DNA of 64,000 nt from Octopus sinensis (GCF_006345805.1 NC_043024.1:19964001-20028000), one strand, 5' to 3'. Shown: positions 11,343-24,897, numbered from the stretch's first letter. The notes: a model not told the origin generated them from the letters alone. Translations and numbers: made by a program.

Positions 11343-11830
11343 CGTGTGTGATGTGTGTCTGTGTTTTTCCCATCCAACATCGCTTGACAACCGATGCTGG
11401 TGTGTTTATGTCCCCGTCACCTAGCGGTTCGGCAAAAGAGACCGATAGAATAAGTACTGGGCTTACAATGAATAAGTCCCGAGGTCGAGTTGCTCGATTA
11501 AAGGCGGTGCTCCAGCATGGCCGCAGTCAAATGACTGAAACAAGTAAAAGAGTAAAAGAGTAAGAAATATCTAGATAACATCCCAGGAGAACCATATCTC
11601 AGAGAAACCCAAAAAGATTGTGCTGAAAAGTACTTCCCACGACCTCAGATAAACCCTATCAATTTAAATGCCTGTGTTATATTACAGAAAGTTATTTCGC
11701 TTCTGTCCCTGCCACTGCCTCTCTTCAAGTTTTGAGTCAAACTATAACATCTCTTATCCTTCACTCGCCCTAAAACTCAGGGTGTCTCGGCATGTGATTA
11801 TAACAAACATGTAGATTAAAAGTAGATAAC
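10960..11830 (+). mobile_element. R4/Dong-like RLE LINE 3' fragment interrupted by SINE A, followed by (TAA)n
   Basis: VPTDKYISVKEFDKLNKYKDLEIKIQKMWYLKTRTVPVII, then after the SINE KYLDNIPGEPYLRETQKIVLKSTSHDLR. Confidence 0.8.
11135..11563 (+). mobile_element. SINE family A
   Basis: Full copy nested in the RLE LINE fragment. Confidence 0.9.
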
Positions 11831-11992
11831 AACAGCAACAACAATAATAATAATAATAACAATAATAACAATAGTAACTAATAACATCAACCACAACAAC
11901 AGCAACGATAATAATAATGATAATAATAATAACAATAATAATAACAATAATAATAATAATAATAATAATATAATAATAATAATGAAGATAAT

Positions 11993-12038
<46 letters not shown>

Positions 12039-12052
12039 TTAATAATAATAAT

Positions 12053-12092
<40 letters not shown>

Positions 12093-12103
12093 AATAATAT
12101 AAT

Positions 12104-12134
<31 letters not shown>

Positions 12135-12173
12135 TAATAATAATAATTAATAATAATAATAAAAATAATAAAA

Positions 12174-12722
12174 TACCCTGATGCCAGTAACCAGGCAGTG
12201 GCTCTCATGGCTTCTGATCTTAACTGATTGGAAGTGTTATCATGTACATTGTTTTGTCTTGGTATAAAAGAGGGTACAAATATTCTGCTCATTACCAACA
12301 GATTTGTTGTCAGTTGTTTGACCTTAACCAATGAGCATGTCCCTTAGTGGCTGACGATATGTGCATCTCTGATCACGAGCAGAAGTAGTGGGGGAGCATC
12401 ATAGCCATGTGTTGAGAGGGATTCTTTGGGGTTTGAATAGTTCACCTCTGGAAACATGGGTGGTTCTTTCAACATCCTTAAACAACCCTTATTCAGGGAC
12501 CGTTTGAGCGGGATGGGCTACTCAATCTGAAGAAAATTCTAACTGGGCCCCACCTGCAAGGTCATGTGCTGTTTATCTTGATATGAGATCACCATGTCGC
12601 GCACATATGGTTGTGATGCATGTGCCTGGTGTACCTTTATCAGACGGGTAGTCATGATGGGTATATTGGGCTTCGTATATTTTACCCCAGTGTCACTTTG
12701 ATGGCATGCACTGCTATCACTC
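12174..12722 (+). mobile_element. ~550-bp non-coding interspersed repeat (family F) with (AAT)n tail
   Basis: High similarity to 27163-27648; both copies embedded in (TAA)n; probable LINE 3' UTR or SINE-like element. Confidence 0.8.
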
Positions 12723-12777
<55 letters not shown>

Positions 12778-13232
12778 TAATATAATAATAATAATAATAA
12801 TAATAATGTAATGATATAATAATAATATTAATAATATTACGAAAATTATCAGACGCTGTAAAGTTGAAATAACATGAAAAAGTAATTAAAGTTACTGCTA
12901 AGAGACTCAAGGAGAATATATTCCAAAAATATAGTAATTACATTCTCCATAGCAATCCAGGAATTTGGTCATATTTTGGTTTTGAAAAATATAAAGTATT
13001 TACTTCTAAACGCAGATATTCCTTCCAGGAATTGGAATAAGTCTGCGACAGAATAATTACTTGGCATTAATAGAATATGGTAGAAAATGTAATTCTATCG
13101 TTTTGTAAACAGTTTGCTTGTTGCTTATGTTTTCGTAGCTGGTTATATATCTTTGGTTTGCCTTGATGAAACAAATGTAAATTTAGTTCTTCTAATCCGT
13201 TAGTTGCTTAACCCCCAAGTACATCCTGATAA

Positions 13233-13469
13233 ACGTGGTCCGAGATCAAGTTTCTTTCCATCCGTGATCATCTCCATCGACTATTGTACTGAGACGTACA
13301 GATAGAACTATAATTTCTTTTGACTAGGCACTAGGCCTTATGTTTTCAAGGTACTAGCATATAATTTCTTTTGACTAGGCACTAGGCCTTATGTTGTCAG
13401 GGTACTAGCATATCATTTCTTTTGACTAGGCACTAGGCCTTATGTTTTCAGGGTACAGATAGAACTATA
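13233..13469. repeat. Second copy of the 51-bp minisatellite element
   Basis: Shares a ~75-bp unique leader with 10478-10774; units at 13310, 13361, 13412; GTACAGATAGAACTATA at 13296-13312 and 13453-13469. Confidence 0.85.
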
Positions 13470-14161
13470 TTAGACGTTACAAACACGGACAGGAGAAACA
13501 AGGATGGATCATTCGCGGCCTTCTATTAATCAGCCAAGTTTCGACATTATCATTACTGTTTATGTCAAAGCCAATTTTGAAATCTTTTGGAAGAAAACTG
13601 ACGAATGTGTACGACAAAACAGAAAAATAAAACGTGAAAACGAAGAAAATATTACACGATTACAGAGATACAAATACAAGCAACAAGAGAATAACAACAG
13701 ATGTCTTTCGACTAATAAGGACGAATTAAGTTGAGCTGGCGTGTGGTGTGAAAGCCTTCAAGCACAAACATAGGTGAAATTCAGGAGACAGGAAAATAAG
13801 GTGTTGTACGGGCGGCGGTTGGGTCAAGAAAGAAATGACCATGCTTTCCTGAACACCAGTCACGTAGAAGGAAAAGAGAGAGGTAGGGAACAGAGGATTG
13901 AAGAATTCGGGAACGAACTAGAGGGAGTGGGAGAGGGAGAGAGAGATGTAGGGAGAGCGGATAAAGTACAAGGGAGATAACGAAGGAAAGTACAGGGATA
14001 AAAGAAGGAGAATACCAAGAAATGTGAGAGAAGAGACCGAGAAAAAGAATAGAGGAAAGATAGAAGTAACTATAAAGGGGACTAACAGAAGAGGAAAAGA
14101 GTCGTACAGAATTTAGATATCTGCTTACTTATAAGTTGAGTGAAAGTGTACGTACGCCGCA

Positions 14162-14205
<44 letters not shown>

Positions 14206-14454
14206 TATTATATATATATATATAATATATATTATATATATACATATATATACATATATATACATATATATAGTTCGTTTCCATGTTTTTGTTTCTGTGT
14301 TACATTCTCATTGTGTTCAACGTTTTTTTTATGTCCTATACCATATATGAATGTATATATACATATATATGTAGGTATGCCCATATATGTGTGTTATAGA
14401 TGCATATATTTATATATTATTTCTATGATAATGTCTATCTATCTATCTATCTTA

Positions 14455-14491
<37 letters not shown>

Positions 14492-14496
14492 ATCTA

Positions 14497-14535
<39 letters not shown>

Positions 14536-14872
14536 ATATATATATATATATCAATCCCAAAAATGGAATTCGAAGGTAACAGGCGACAGTAAAAACATAC
14601 GAAAACAGATATGCTAGAAAAGGAATATTAGGACGAGAAAGGAAAAAAGAAAAGAAGGAAAGAGAAAAAGAAAGAGATAGAGAAGGAATGAAAGAAGTAA
14701 GAAAAAAAAGAAATATTCGCAAAAATATATGCAAAGTTTCTGTTAACATAATCGGGATGCGTAACTTTCAGATATTCCATAAATCGAAAATGCATTAAAT
14801 ACTACAAAACGTACACGTAGGATAGACACAACTGACTTCATCAGTTATCGACCAAATATACTAATACCCAGT

Positions 14873-14970
14873 TAAAGACTTTTTCACTTCCCGAGCGTTA
14901 TACTAATACATCTATTTGTTGTCTACACCACCTGTCTTCGTCTTTTGTTTCTTTGTGAATTCTCCCTATA
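14873..14970 (+). mobile_element. Penelope-like terminal tail (family with ...CTCCCTATA end), 5'-truncated
   Basis: Homologous to 24958-25050; ends at (TA)n. Confidence 0.65.
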
Positions 14971-14973
14971 TAA

Positions 14974-15055
<82 letters not shown>

Positions 15056-15205
15056 TATATAAACAACTTATAAATAAGGGCAAACGAAAAAAATTCTAAT
15101 GCCAAATATGCCGAAAATTGACATATTGTCCATTACCATATCATTTTTCACAATACGCACGCTACTCGAAAAAAAGCCGCCACAAATTTCTTAAAAATTC
15201 CATTA

Positions 15206-15265
15206 TTACCATATCGGACCGATTTCAGAATTAGTTCGTAAGAACCCTCCCTTCGTCAGTGATAA
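15206..15265 (-). ncRNA. Type I hammerhead ribozyme
   Basis: Stem I UUAUCA/UGGUAA, CUGACGA, stem II AGGG/UUCU, GAAA, stem III AUCGG-U-CCGAU, AUA triplet. Confidence 0.75.
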
Positions 15266-15301
15266 AGTAGCAAAAGAAATAAATGAGATACTTACTCATA
15301 C

Positions 15302-15344
<43 letters not shown>

Positions 15345-15351
15345 ATTTATA

Positions 15352-16530
15352 AGCGATGGGTAAATTTTCTATTTTCAATTTCGCTTATACGCATTGTTCC
15401 TTTCTGATTTTGTCAACTACACAGTATTGTAGGATCAGCTGGAAACCCTCTGGGAGAAAAATAGCACCATGATGCAACTAACTTTGCCAGAAATTTGGGT
15501 AGGACATTCAGTACTGTATGGCATTCACGCTGGAAGCTGCAATACGAACATTTTAGAGTGTTTCTGTGACAACCTGAGAATATTGCAATCTGAGGAAATG
15601 TACTGAGAATGATAAAAATCAAATATCCAGTTGACATCATGGTCATTGGAGTGACCCCTAGTGACGGTGACGTTATGCCGCCATCCATCTTCTCACACGG
15701 CCTCAGATTCAAAGTGGAGACCTACATCACGTGCCTGAAGGAAGTAGTGCTCGACTTTATTCTTTAGCAAAACGACGACGCCGTGGTGATCTCATTCTCG
15801 CTCACAACATCATAAGCGGAAAGTGTAACCTCTCGAAAGAGTTGTTCTTCACTCCTTCCCCAGAGCGTCGGCTGCGGGGTCGCTCCGAAAAGCTCTATCT
15901 GCGACGATTTCATCTCAATCGAAAGAGAGGGGCTTTCTCCGTCCGGGTTGCGTATCCGTGGAATAAGCTGCCGGACGAGATAGTGAAGATGCCGACGACC
16001 GCTCGGTTCAAAGTCTCTCTTGACCAGATATGGCCTGAACTCTTTGCATGAACACCCTCCCTGTACATAACTCCATGTCCCCCTACATGGCTGTTGGAAA
16101 TACTATCGTTGGCAAAAGGACTGTGCCATGTCACGCAAGCAAGAGGACCCAGTCATGGCTGTCAGGTTAGTTGTGCGACTACATGGCCCCTAACATCTGG
16201 CTAGCTAACTCCCCGCCTGCTTTTTATGTTTGGGGCACAGTTGAGCGAGAGACCAACAAAAATACTTCTAAAAACCAAAAATTAACTGAAGGCAAAGATT
16301 TGGCAGCATAAACCAGCTGAAACAAGGAGACCGTCCAGAAGAGTTGTAGAAGATTCCAAAGTCGTCTGAAGGGGGTAGTTGAACCCAATGGCGATTTTAT
16401 TGAATAAATTTACTCTTTAGAATTTCAAGATTTGTTTATGTAATATTGGTATCTATATCTCTTAAAATAAGAAGTCAGTGTTATTTTCATTTCAGCGTAA
16501 TTTAGACGACAGTTTATTGACTGCAACCTG
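15352..16530 (+). mobile_element. Internally deleted maT/DD37D-like DNA transposon (dead)
   Basis: ATG 15469 MMQLTLPEIWVGHSVLYGIHAG..., jumps to KYPVDIMVIGVTPSDGDVMPP...CLKEVVL, resumes after the LINE with WQKD...IW-ANSP...VWGTVERETNK...VVEPNGDFIE*; imperfect right TIR ends about 16530. Confidence 0.8.
15751..16090 (+). mobile_element. CR1-type LINE 3' fragment nested in the maT transposase
   Basis: LYSLAKRRRRGDLILAHNII...FSVRVAYPWNKLPDEIVKMPTTARFKVSLD, stop at 16049-16051. Confidence 0.85.
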
Positions 16531-17024
16531 TGTCTGTGTGTTCCTGTGTATTTATATATACATACATATATATTTGTATGTGCGTACGTGTGTGTGTGTG
16601 TGTGCATGTATGAGTGTGCATGTATGTTTGTGTGTGTGTGTGTATGTGTGTTTGTGTTTCTATCCATGTATGTATATATAGATTTTATTATGCTGAGAAA
16701 CGACGCTGGTTGCCAGGATTTCCGAATCGATCCGCTTCGATCAAACAAATCCAAATATCGTTGTTATATCATGTGTAGATTTAGGAGTGGATAGTTTGTA
16801 TAAGACATAATATCATAAAATATATGAATGAACTCAAACCAAGTATTGATATTTTGAATGCTTTTAATACGTCTATTAAACGTATCTAGAACTCCAAACG
16901 CCGAGGTGGGAAGAACCATATTATTTTTTGAGGTCTATTTTATTTTTGTTTGGTCTATTTTTTTTTATAATTCTAATAATGTGAATAATAAAATTAGACC
17001 TAGGAATAGACCTATTAAAAAAAT

Positions 17025-17300
17025 ATGTTTCAGAGGACCACAGCTCTTCAATATCCTTCCAAAATGCCTGAGAGACGTGCATGGTGCGGATGTGAGTTTC
17101 GTTAAAACTAAACTGGATCTCTTCTTGTCAGGGGTCCCAGATGAACCTACCTCTCGGCAGGAAACACAGATGCGGGAAGCGGCATCGAACTCCCTTGTTG
17201 ATCAAGTGCCACGTATCAGAGGTGGTTTCACATACTAGTGTAGCTCATTCAACGGTGGTGCCCCAGCATAGCCGCAGCCGTCGGGCAGAAACATATTGTT
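17025..17300 (+). mobile_element. CR1/L2-type LINE 3' end
   Basis: CFRGPQLFNILPKCLRDVHGADVSFVKTKLDLFLSGVPDEP...; 3' tail GGTGGTGCCCCAGCATAGCCGCAGCC. Confidence 0.85.
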
Positions 17301-17387
17301 AAGGATTTAAGGATAGGGTATTTTGGTATGTATGTATGCATATGTGTAGATTTGTATGTTTTGTTTTATGCATGTATATTCTTGCAT

Positions 17388-17561
17388 AGGCGCAGGAGTG
17401 TGTGTGTGGTAAGTAGCTTCCTAACCAACTACATGGTTCCGGGTTCAGTCCCACTGCGTGGCATCTTGGGCGAGTGTCTTCTGCTATAGCCTCGGGCCGA
17501 CCAAAGTCTTGTGAGTGGATTTGGTAGCCGGAAACTGAAAGAATTCTGTCGTATATATGTG

Positions 17562-17592
<31 letters not shown>

Positions 17593-17840
17593 ATGTGTTT
17601 GTGTGTGTGTGTGTGGTGTGTGTGTGTTTGTGTGTCTGTGTCTGTCCTCCCAACATCGCTTGACAGCCGAGGCTGGTGTGTTTACGTCGCCGTCAATTAG
17701 CGGTTCGGCAAAAGAGACCGATAGAATAAGTACTGGGCTTACAGAGAATAAGTCCTGGGGTCGATTTGCTCGACTAAAGGCGGTGCTCCAGCATGGCCGC
17801 AGTCGAATGACTGAAACAAGTAAAAGAGTAAAGAGTAAAG
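17388..17840 (+). mobile_element. SINE family A
   Basis: Full copy. Confidence 0.9.
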
Positions 17841-18429
17841 ATAGTAAATAATCTCGCACGCCAAATACGTGGCTTGTCGCTTCGAGTGTACGAACGTACA
17901 CACATCTGTTTGTATGTATGTACGTATGTATGCAGGCATGTATCATGTATACAAGTATGTGTTTTTGTGTGTATCCATGTATTTATACATATATTGATTG
18001 ATTACTAACACACACCAACACAGAAAGACACGAGTATGTGTGCACGGGAGAATAATCTTGTAGCGGAATGTTTATCAATGTACGTGTCTGTATTTGTGTA
18101 TACCGGTCGAATCCTGCTGAGCGTTATTCAATTTCCTGGAAATAGCAGTTGAAATTCACAAACAACAAACAAATGGTAACTGACAACAAATATACCCACA
18201 CGAAGTAAATAATATGAACTGGTGTGTATAAGAGTGATTAAACACATGGAGGTTATAAACCAAGATGGCCGCACTTCGATGACTGGTTGCAGTGAAAGAA
18301 CAAGATAGAAATAAAAGAGAAAAGCGCCATAGCTTATGATAAATTATGAAATTTTATCTCTGGACACGGCATCGTTTGCGTTTATTCTTTATATATATTA
18401 TTAATATTATTTTCTCATTTCGCCTTTTT

Positions 18430-18449
18430 TTCAGCTTCTTCTTCTTCTT

Positions 18450-18538
<89 letters not shown>

Positions 18539-18605
18539 TATTATTATTACTATTATTATTATTATTAGTATCATCATCATCATCATATATTATTATTATT
18601 ATTGC

Positions 18606-18647
<42 letters not shown>

Positions 18648-18698
18648 TATTATTATTATTAGTATCATCATCATCATCATATATTAATATTATATTGC

Positions 18699-18751
<53 letters not shown>

Positions 18752-18785
18752 TATTATTATTATTAGTATCATCATCATCATCATA

Positions 18786-18824
<39 letters not shown>

Positions 18825-19094
18825 TATTATTATTACTATTATTATTATAATTAGTATCCTCATCATCATCATATATTATTATTATTATTGCTGTTATTAC
18901 TAAAAATAATAATAATAATGAAAATAATAAGCATCATCATCATCGTCGTCGTCGTCGTCGTCATCATCATCATCATTCATTTTTATTATCATTATTAATT
19001 ATTTTTATTTGTTAGGTTTAGTGCTGTTTTTCTTTATATCACATTATTGTTATTCATTATAAATGCTTTTTGTTATTTTACTCATCACTAACGC

Positions 19095-19145
<51 letters not shown>

Positions 19146-19534
19146 GATTATCATTATTATTATTATTATATTTTATTATGATTATCATTATTATTATTAT
19201 TATTATTATTACTATTGTTATTATTATCATTATTATTATTACTATTATTATTACTACTATTATTATTACTACTATTATTATTATTATTATTATTATTATG
19301 ATTATCATTATTGATATTATTTTTATTATCATCTTTATTATTATTATTGTTATATATTTATTTTAACATTTTATTAATATAATGTTACTATTTTTTAGTT
19401 GTGATTATTATTATCATTATTATTATTATTGGTATTATCATTATTATTATTATTATTATTATCATTATTACTATTATTATTATTGTTATTATTATTATTA
19501 ACATTATTATTATTATCATTATTATTATTATTAA

Positions 19535-19612
<78 letters not shown>

Positions 19613-19640
19613 TAGTAGCAGCAGCAGCAGTCGTAGTAAT
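18430..19640. repeat. Compound (TCT)n/(TAT)n/(CAT)n/(AGT)n microsatellite block
   Basis: Direct reading. Confidence 0.95.
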
Positions 19641-22246
19641 AGCCGCTTTTGTATTATTTATTGATATTTTCATTTATCTTCATATTGCAATATTTTTTTT
19701 ATTTTTTGTTTTTTTGGTTTTGTTTACCAGTATCAGACATGGAGAATGAGTCTCTTAGAAGCATTACACAGGAAATCCACAACATTGGAATTTACCATTT
19801 ACGTTGAATATGTTTGAACGTAAAACGTCTATTGGAATAAACATCTAGCGGTATTTGATAAGCAAATACATTGAGAACGCCTCTGAGGAAATGGCAAAAA
19901 GATGGCATGATAATCTAGCACCGATTTTCTGTTACGTTGAAAGTACAAATATAGAAACGAAAGATAAGTGTTATGTACCCCGAATGCATGTAGCCAGTAT
20001 AATTGAGCAGGGAGACTTCAAAGTTGGTAGGGATTTGTTTTAATATACATTGTGAGTAAAAATATGAAGGGAAAAAAGGAGAGTGAAAGAAGAAGAGAGG
20101 ATGTGTGTGAGAGAAAGTAAGGCAGAGAGAGAGAGAGAAACATGGAGAGAGAGAGAAGCTAGAAAAAGACGAAGTTGAGGGTGAGGTAAAAGAGAAAGTG
20201 AAACAGAGTTAAAACACACAAACATGTATATATACTTACATATGCACATATTTATCACTCTATATATATATATGTGTGTGTGCGTGTGTGCTCGCATATG
20301 TGTGTGTATGTCTCTATAAACAAAACATACACACATACACGTATATATAAGTGTTTTTCCCTCACTACACCTCTCTCTTCTCTTCTATTCTATTCTATTT
20401 AAATACATTTCGATATATAAGTATATATACATATGTAATTATGTACATATACGTTTATGCGTATCTGTGTGCATATATTTTAATATATATTTTAATATAT
20501 ATATATATATGTTTGTGTGTGTGTGTGTGTACATATATATATTTCTCTGTGTACCGATGTAGTTAGACAGATTGAGAGACATAGACAGATATAGATATAG
20601 ACATATATATATATATATATACATAGGTATCTATGTATATATGCGTTTGTGTACATGCACATACGTCCAAACATACACATATATAGATAACTATATGTGT
20701 ATTTATATATACGTATCCAAACAAATAGGGTTACAGAAGAAGGTGATAGTAGCATAAGTGGGAATGGTTCTGTTGGACAAAAATGCAAAAGGTCTGCATA
20801 AATATATAAAATGAATACATACACAATCTAACATTCAAAATAAAATTATTAAATATGAAAGACGATGCATTAATGCCTGAAGGTGGGTAACGGCGTATAC
20901 GAAAGAAGTTATGAGAAACGATCTCTCACAATGGGAAATTTCTGGAAGCTTAATACGTTGAATAATAGCGGTTTGGTTTGTAAACCCAAGAGGAAAATGT
21001 AATTTGGTCGCAAATAAACAGTTTTCATTTTCAAACGAATCAGTTTTGTAAGAGAGGAGCTAAAATGAAGGCTCTCAGCTGGTTGACCATAGTTACATCA
21101 CACCAGGTTTCTTAAGTGATGTTTCTACACTTGTATTAAAACATCTAAGCGAAAATCTTTAGTAATCCATTTACTGCGGATACTGTGAGGTATTAATGTT
21201 TACTGGAGTTGATGAATAAGTAAAGGTGATTCCTTCAGGGATGCAATCTGCCCGAAATGAAAGAAAAAAGACGGCAATCAAAAACAGTATTATAAGGGGA
21301 GGTGAAGGAGAAATCGGGGAGGCTGAGAGGGAAATTAAGAAAATGTGTGATGAGAGAATGTGAGGAGATAGAGGAAATCAATGAGAGACGGAGATAGAAA
21401 GAGAAAGAAAGAGAGATAGAGAAAGTGAAACAGAGAAAACATGAAATATTTACAATATCAACGACAGCTGATGCATTGATGAGGATGATGATGATGATGG
21501 TGATGATGATGAGTCGGAGGAGGAGGATTATGGGGATTAACGAGAATTCCAAACACGATAACTGAAATGATGATGACGACGACGAAGGAGAAGAAGGACA
21601 AGATAATGGGAGAAACAAACAACGCTCGATATCAAAGAAAATCAATATGTGTATCTTTATTTATTTATTTATTTTCTAAAGCCTGAGTTATATAAACTAT
21701 AGGTTAATCATATAAAATTTATCTTAAGTTTTTCCAGTAAAGGCTATCGGTGCATAAAAATCACTTTATTAATCATACACTTTGAAAATGCACTATATTC
21801 AAATTTCTAGTAATTTGAGATAGTTTCCCGTTTTTGTTTCTTTTATATAGCGATTACTACTCTATTCTCTTCACAACTAGGTGTATTACCCGTACTTAAT
21901 CTCTAAAAGTTGCCAGTTACTCGTAACTTCAATTTCTCCATCATCTTTATTCGGAAATTAGGAAAGCAATTTTTTAATATATTTGTTTATTTTGCATATC
22001 TTAGAAGTCATATTGCTATTACATTTTCAAATGCACACTTTTTTCTCTTTATGCATAAGATAATGATTCATTATATATATATTCACATATACATATATGG
22101 ACATGCATATACACGCATACACACAAAAACAAACACACAGACGCACACACATGCATACACACAGACACCCCCACACCAATATACATATATGTGTGTGTGT
22201 GTCTGCGTGCGCGTGTGTGTATGACCAAATAATTGATGGACAGATG

Positions 22247-22339
22247 ATAATTCATAACAGCCGTTTCTAACGAAATCTTTTAATTGATTAACGAGTACAT
22301 TATATCGTTATAGAATACCGTTTTCTTCAGTTGAATTAT
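22247..22339 (-). ncRNA. Hammerhead ribozyme-like motif (slightly degenerate)
   Basis: AUAAUUCA/UGAAUUAU 8-bp stem I, CUGAAGA, AACG/CGUU stem II, GAAAC-GGCU-GUU; A.A mismatches at the innermost pairs of stems I and II. Confidence 0.6.
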
Positions 22340-22674
22340 AGAATCAAGGATATGAATACATGAATTTTACAATCACATACCTTAAAAATTATTTAAAATC
22401 CACGGCATATACATATTTAGCGATTCTACGACTGGCCCTGGGATCAAATTAACTGCACACATTACCTGAATATCATAGTTGCATGACTTATCTGCCACAA
22501 TTGGTATTTGTCTATAATTGTTGTGTGTGCATATTATTCCGACCTAAGTAGATACCTCACCTTGAATTACTTCAATCAGCTGATTCTTGTTATATTGTAT
22601 ATGTATGTATGCATTTATGTATGTATGTATGTATGTATGCATGTATGTATGTATGTATGTATGTATATATGTAT

Positions 22675-22800
22675 GTACGACTCCGAAAGAATGAAAGGCA
22701 CAGCCGACCTCGGGAATATTTGAACTCAGAACGCACATACGGACGAAATCTTGTAAGTATTTTGCAGGGCGCGGTAATGATCCCTACAGGTGGACGCCTA
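22675..22800 (-). mobile_element. SINE family B, degenerate 5' part
   Basis: CCGAAAGAATGAAAGGCACAGCCGACCTCGG...TTGAACTCAGAACG. Confidence 0.7.
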
Positions 22801-23050
22801 CAGGTAGACATATATTATGTGTTAAATAGATGAGTTTTGAGTAAGTAAAACAGAACGTTTATGCATACAAACACATATTAGCCTGTATATATTTACATGA
22901 TTCTGAATGTTAAACACGTAAGCAAACATACATTCAAATATATGTATATCTATATATTTATTTATATATATGCACTTGCATACATGCATGTATATGTGCA
23001 AGCATATGATTCTGTGTATCTATCAATTATATGTACACACGAATTAAATG

Positions 23051-23100
<50 letters not shown>

Positions 23101-23705
23101 TGTATGACTGTATGTATGTATATATAGATAGATAGATAGATAAACACATATATATATACATATATACATATAAATATACATATATATATGTATATACCTA
23201 TGTATATACGTGTATGTATATATATATGTGTGTATATATGTATGTATGTATATTTATATATATATATATATATATATACATATATATATGTGTACATATA
23301 TATATGTCTACATATATGTGTACATATATATGCAATGAGTGGAAATACATGAAGCGTTTTCGCGCATATGTAAATTTCCAGGCGTTCGAATTGAAAACAC
23401 ATATTTATTTTCCTAACCTGACGAATAACACTCGTTTCACACATAACTAAACACATAGTTATGAAGACATATATATAGCTATATGAACTCAAGTATACGA
23501 AAACATATCAGACAAATTGGTGCATTCTTACAATTATCAAATAGAAATTTCTACAAACTTTACAAACACCGCTAAATATGTTATATTCATTTCAAGTAGA
23601 AATTTAAAGAAGAAATACTATGATAGCGCAAACATGCTCTTCAGAAATATATCGATACTAAGAAGGTAGACACACACACACATACACACACACACACAGA
23701 CACAA

Positions 23706-23739
<34 letters not shown>

Positions 23740-23744
23740 GTGTG

Positions 23745-24225
23745 TGTGGCTGTGCGGTAAGTAGCTTCCTAACCAACCATATTGTTCCGGGTTCAGTCCC
23801 ACTGCGTGGCATCTTGGGAAAGTGTCTTCTGCTATAGCCCCGGGCCAACCAATGCCTTGTGAGTGGATTTGGTAGATGGAAACTGAAAGAAGCCTGTCGT
23901 ATATATGTATATATATATATATATATATATGTTGTGTGTGTATGTGTTTGTGTGTCTGTCCTCGCGTTGTTGTGCTTTCTTGTGCTTTCTTGTTTGGATT
24001 AACTATATATATTCGTGTTTGTGTGTCTGTGTTTGTCTCCCTAGCTTTGCTTGACAACCGATGCTGGTGTGTTTACGTCCCCGTCACTTAGTGGTTCGGC
24101 AAAAGAGACCGATAGACTGAGTACTGGGCTTACAAAGAATAAGTCCCGGGGTCGATTTGCTCGACTAAAGATAGTGCTCCAGCATGGCCGCAGTCAAATG
24201 ACTGAAACAAGTAAAAGAGTAAAAG
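23745..24225 (+). mobile_element. SINE family A with expanded central spacer
   Basis: Head and tail conserved; about 90 bp extra in the middle microsatellite region. Confidence 0.9.
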
Positions 24226-24240
24226 GAATATATATATATA

Positions 24241-24293
<53 letters not shown>

Positions 24294-24599
24294 GGATTAT
24301 GGTACTTAAGTTGACGCACCAGAATTTAGTATGGTTATTACACATAGAATTTGAAAATAATGTGATTAAAATCAAAATAAGCGAAAAGGATAAGCAGAAG
24401 TAATGCAGTACGATCGTTTCATGCGACTCCATTTAATTGAACAATGCAATCATTTCATTACATCAATTTAAAATGTAGAGCAATCTTCAGCTGCACAAAG
24501 ACATAGAATTTAATTAAATTAGAAGGACACATTAGTATAATTTTACCTAAAATCTCCAAGAGGATAAGGAGATAGACAAAGAACATGTTTTACCAACAA

Positions 24600-24895
24600 T
24601 ATCCCTATAACTAGCTGTCACTCCAAATACCATGATGTTGACTGGATGTTTGATTTTATTACTCACGTTACCTGTCCTCAGATTGAACTCTCCTGAAATT
24701 GACATGCAATACAAACTCATTTGTTCGTATTAGAGATTCCAGCGCGAAAGTCAATCAGAGCGAATTGCATTATGGAATTATTTCTCTCACAGACCGGTGC
24801 TCAACTGACCCTACTCTACTGTGTAGTTGACAAAATCAGAAAGAAACAATGCGACATTTAAAATATATAAAGTTGACAATTTACACATCACACGG
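24600..24895 (-). mobile_element. maT-like transposon 5' fragment with the same internal deletion as 15352-16530
   Basis: Minus strand CAATCTGAGGA...AAAATCAAACATCCAGTCAACATCATGGTATTTGGAGTGAC; left end TA|CCGTGTGATGTGTAAATTGTC. Confidence 0.7.
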
Positions 24896-24897
24896 TA

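Noticed and set aside
14760-14850. Minus-strand CUGAUGA with downstream GAAA
   Set aside because: Stems I-III do not pair.
19855-22560. Short ORF or exon-like stretches (19855-20043; minus-strand candidates near 21200-21245 and 22470-22515; also about 36450-36590)
   Set aside because: No recognisable protein motif; expected by chance; would need RNA-seq or homology.
23410-23490. CUGACGA-AUAAC...GUUAU-GAAGAC
   Set aside because: Stem II pairs but there is no stem I partner or cleavage site.
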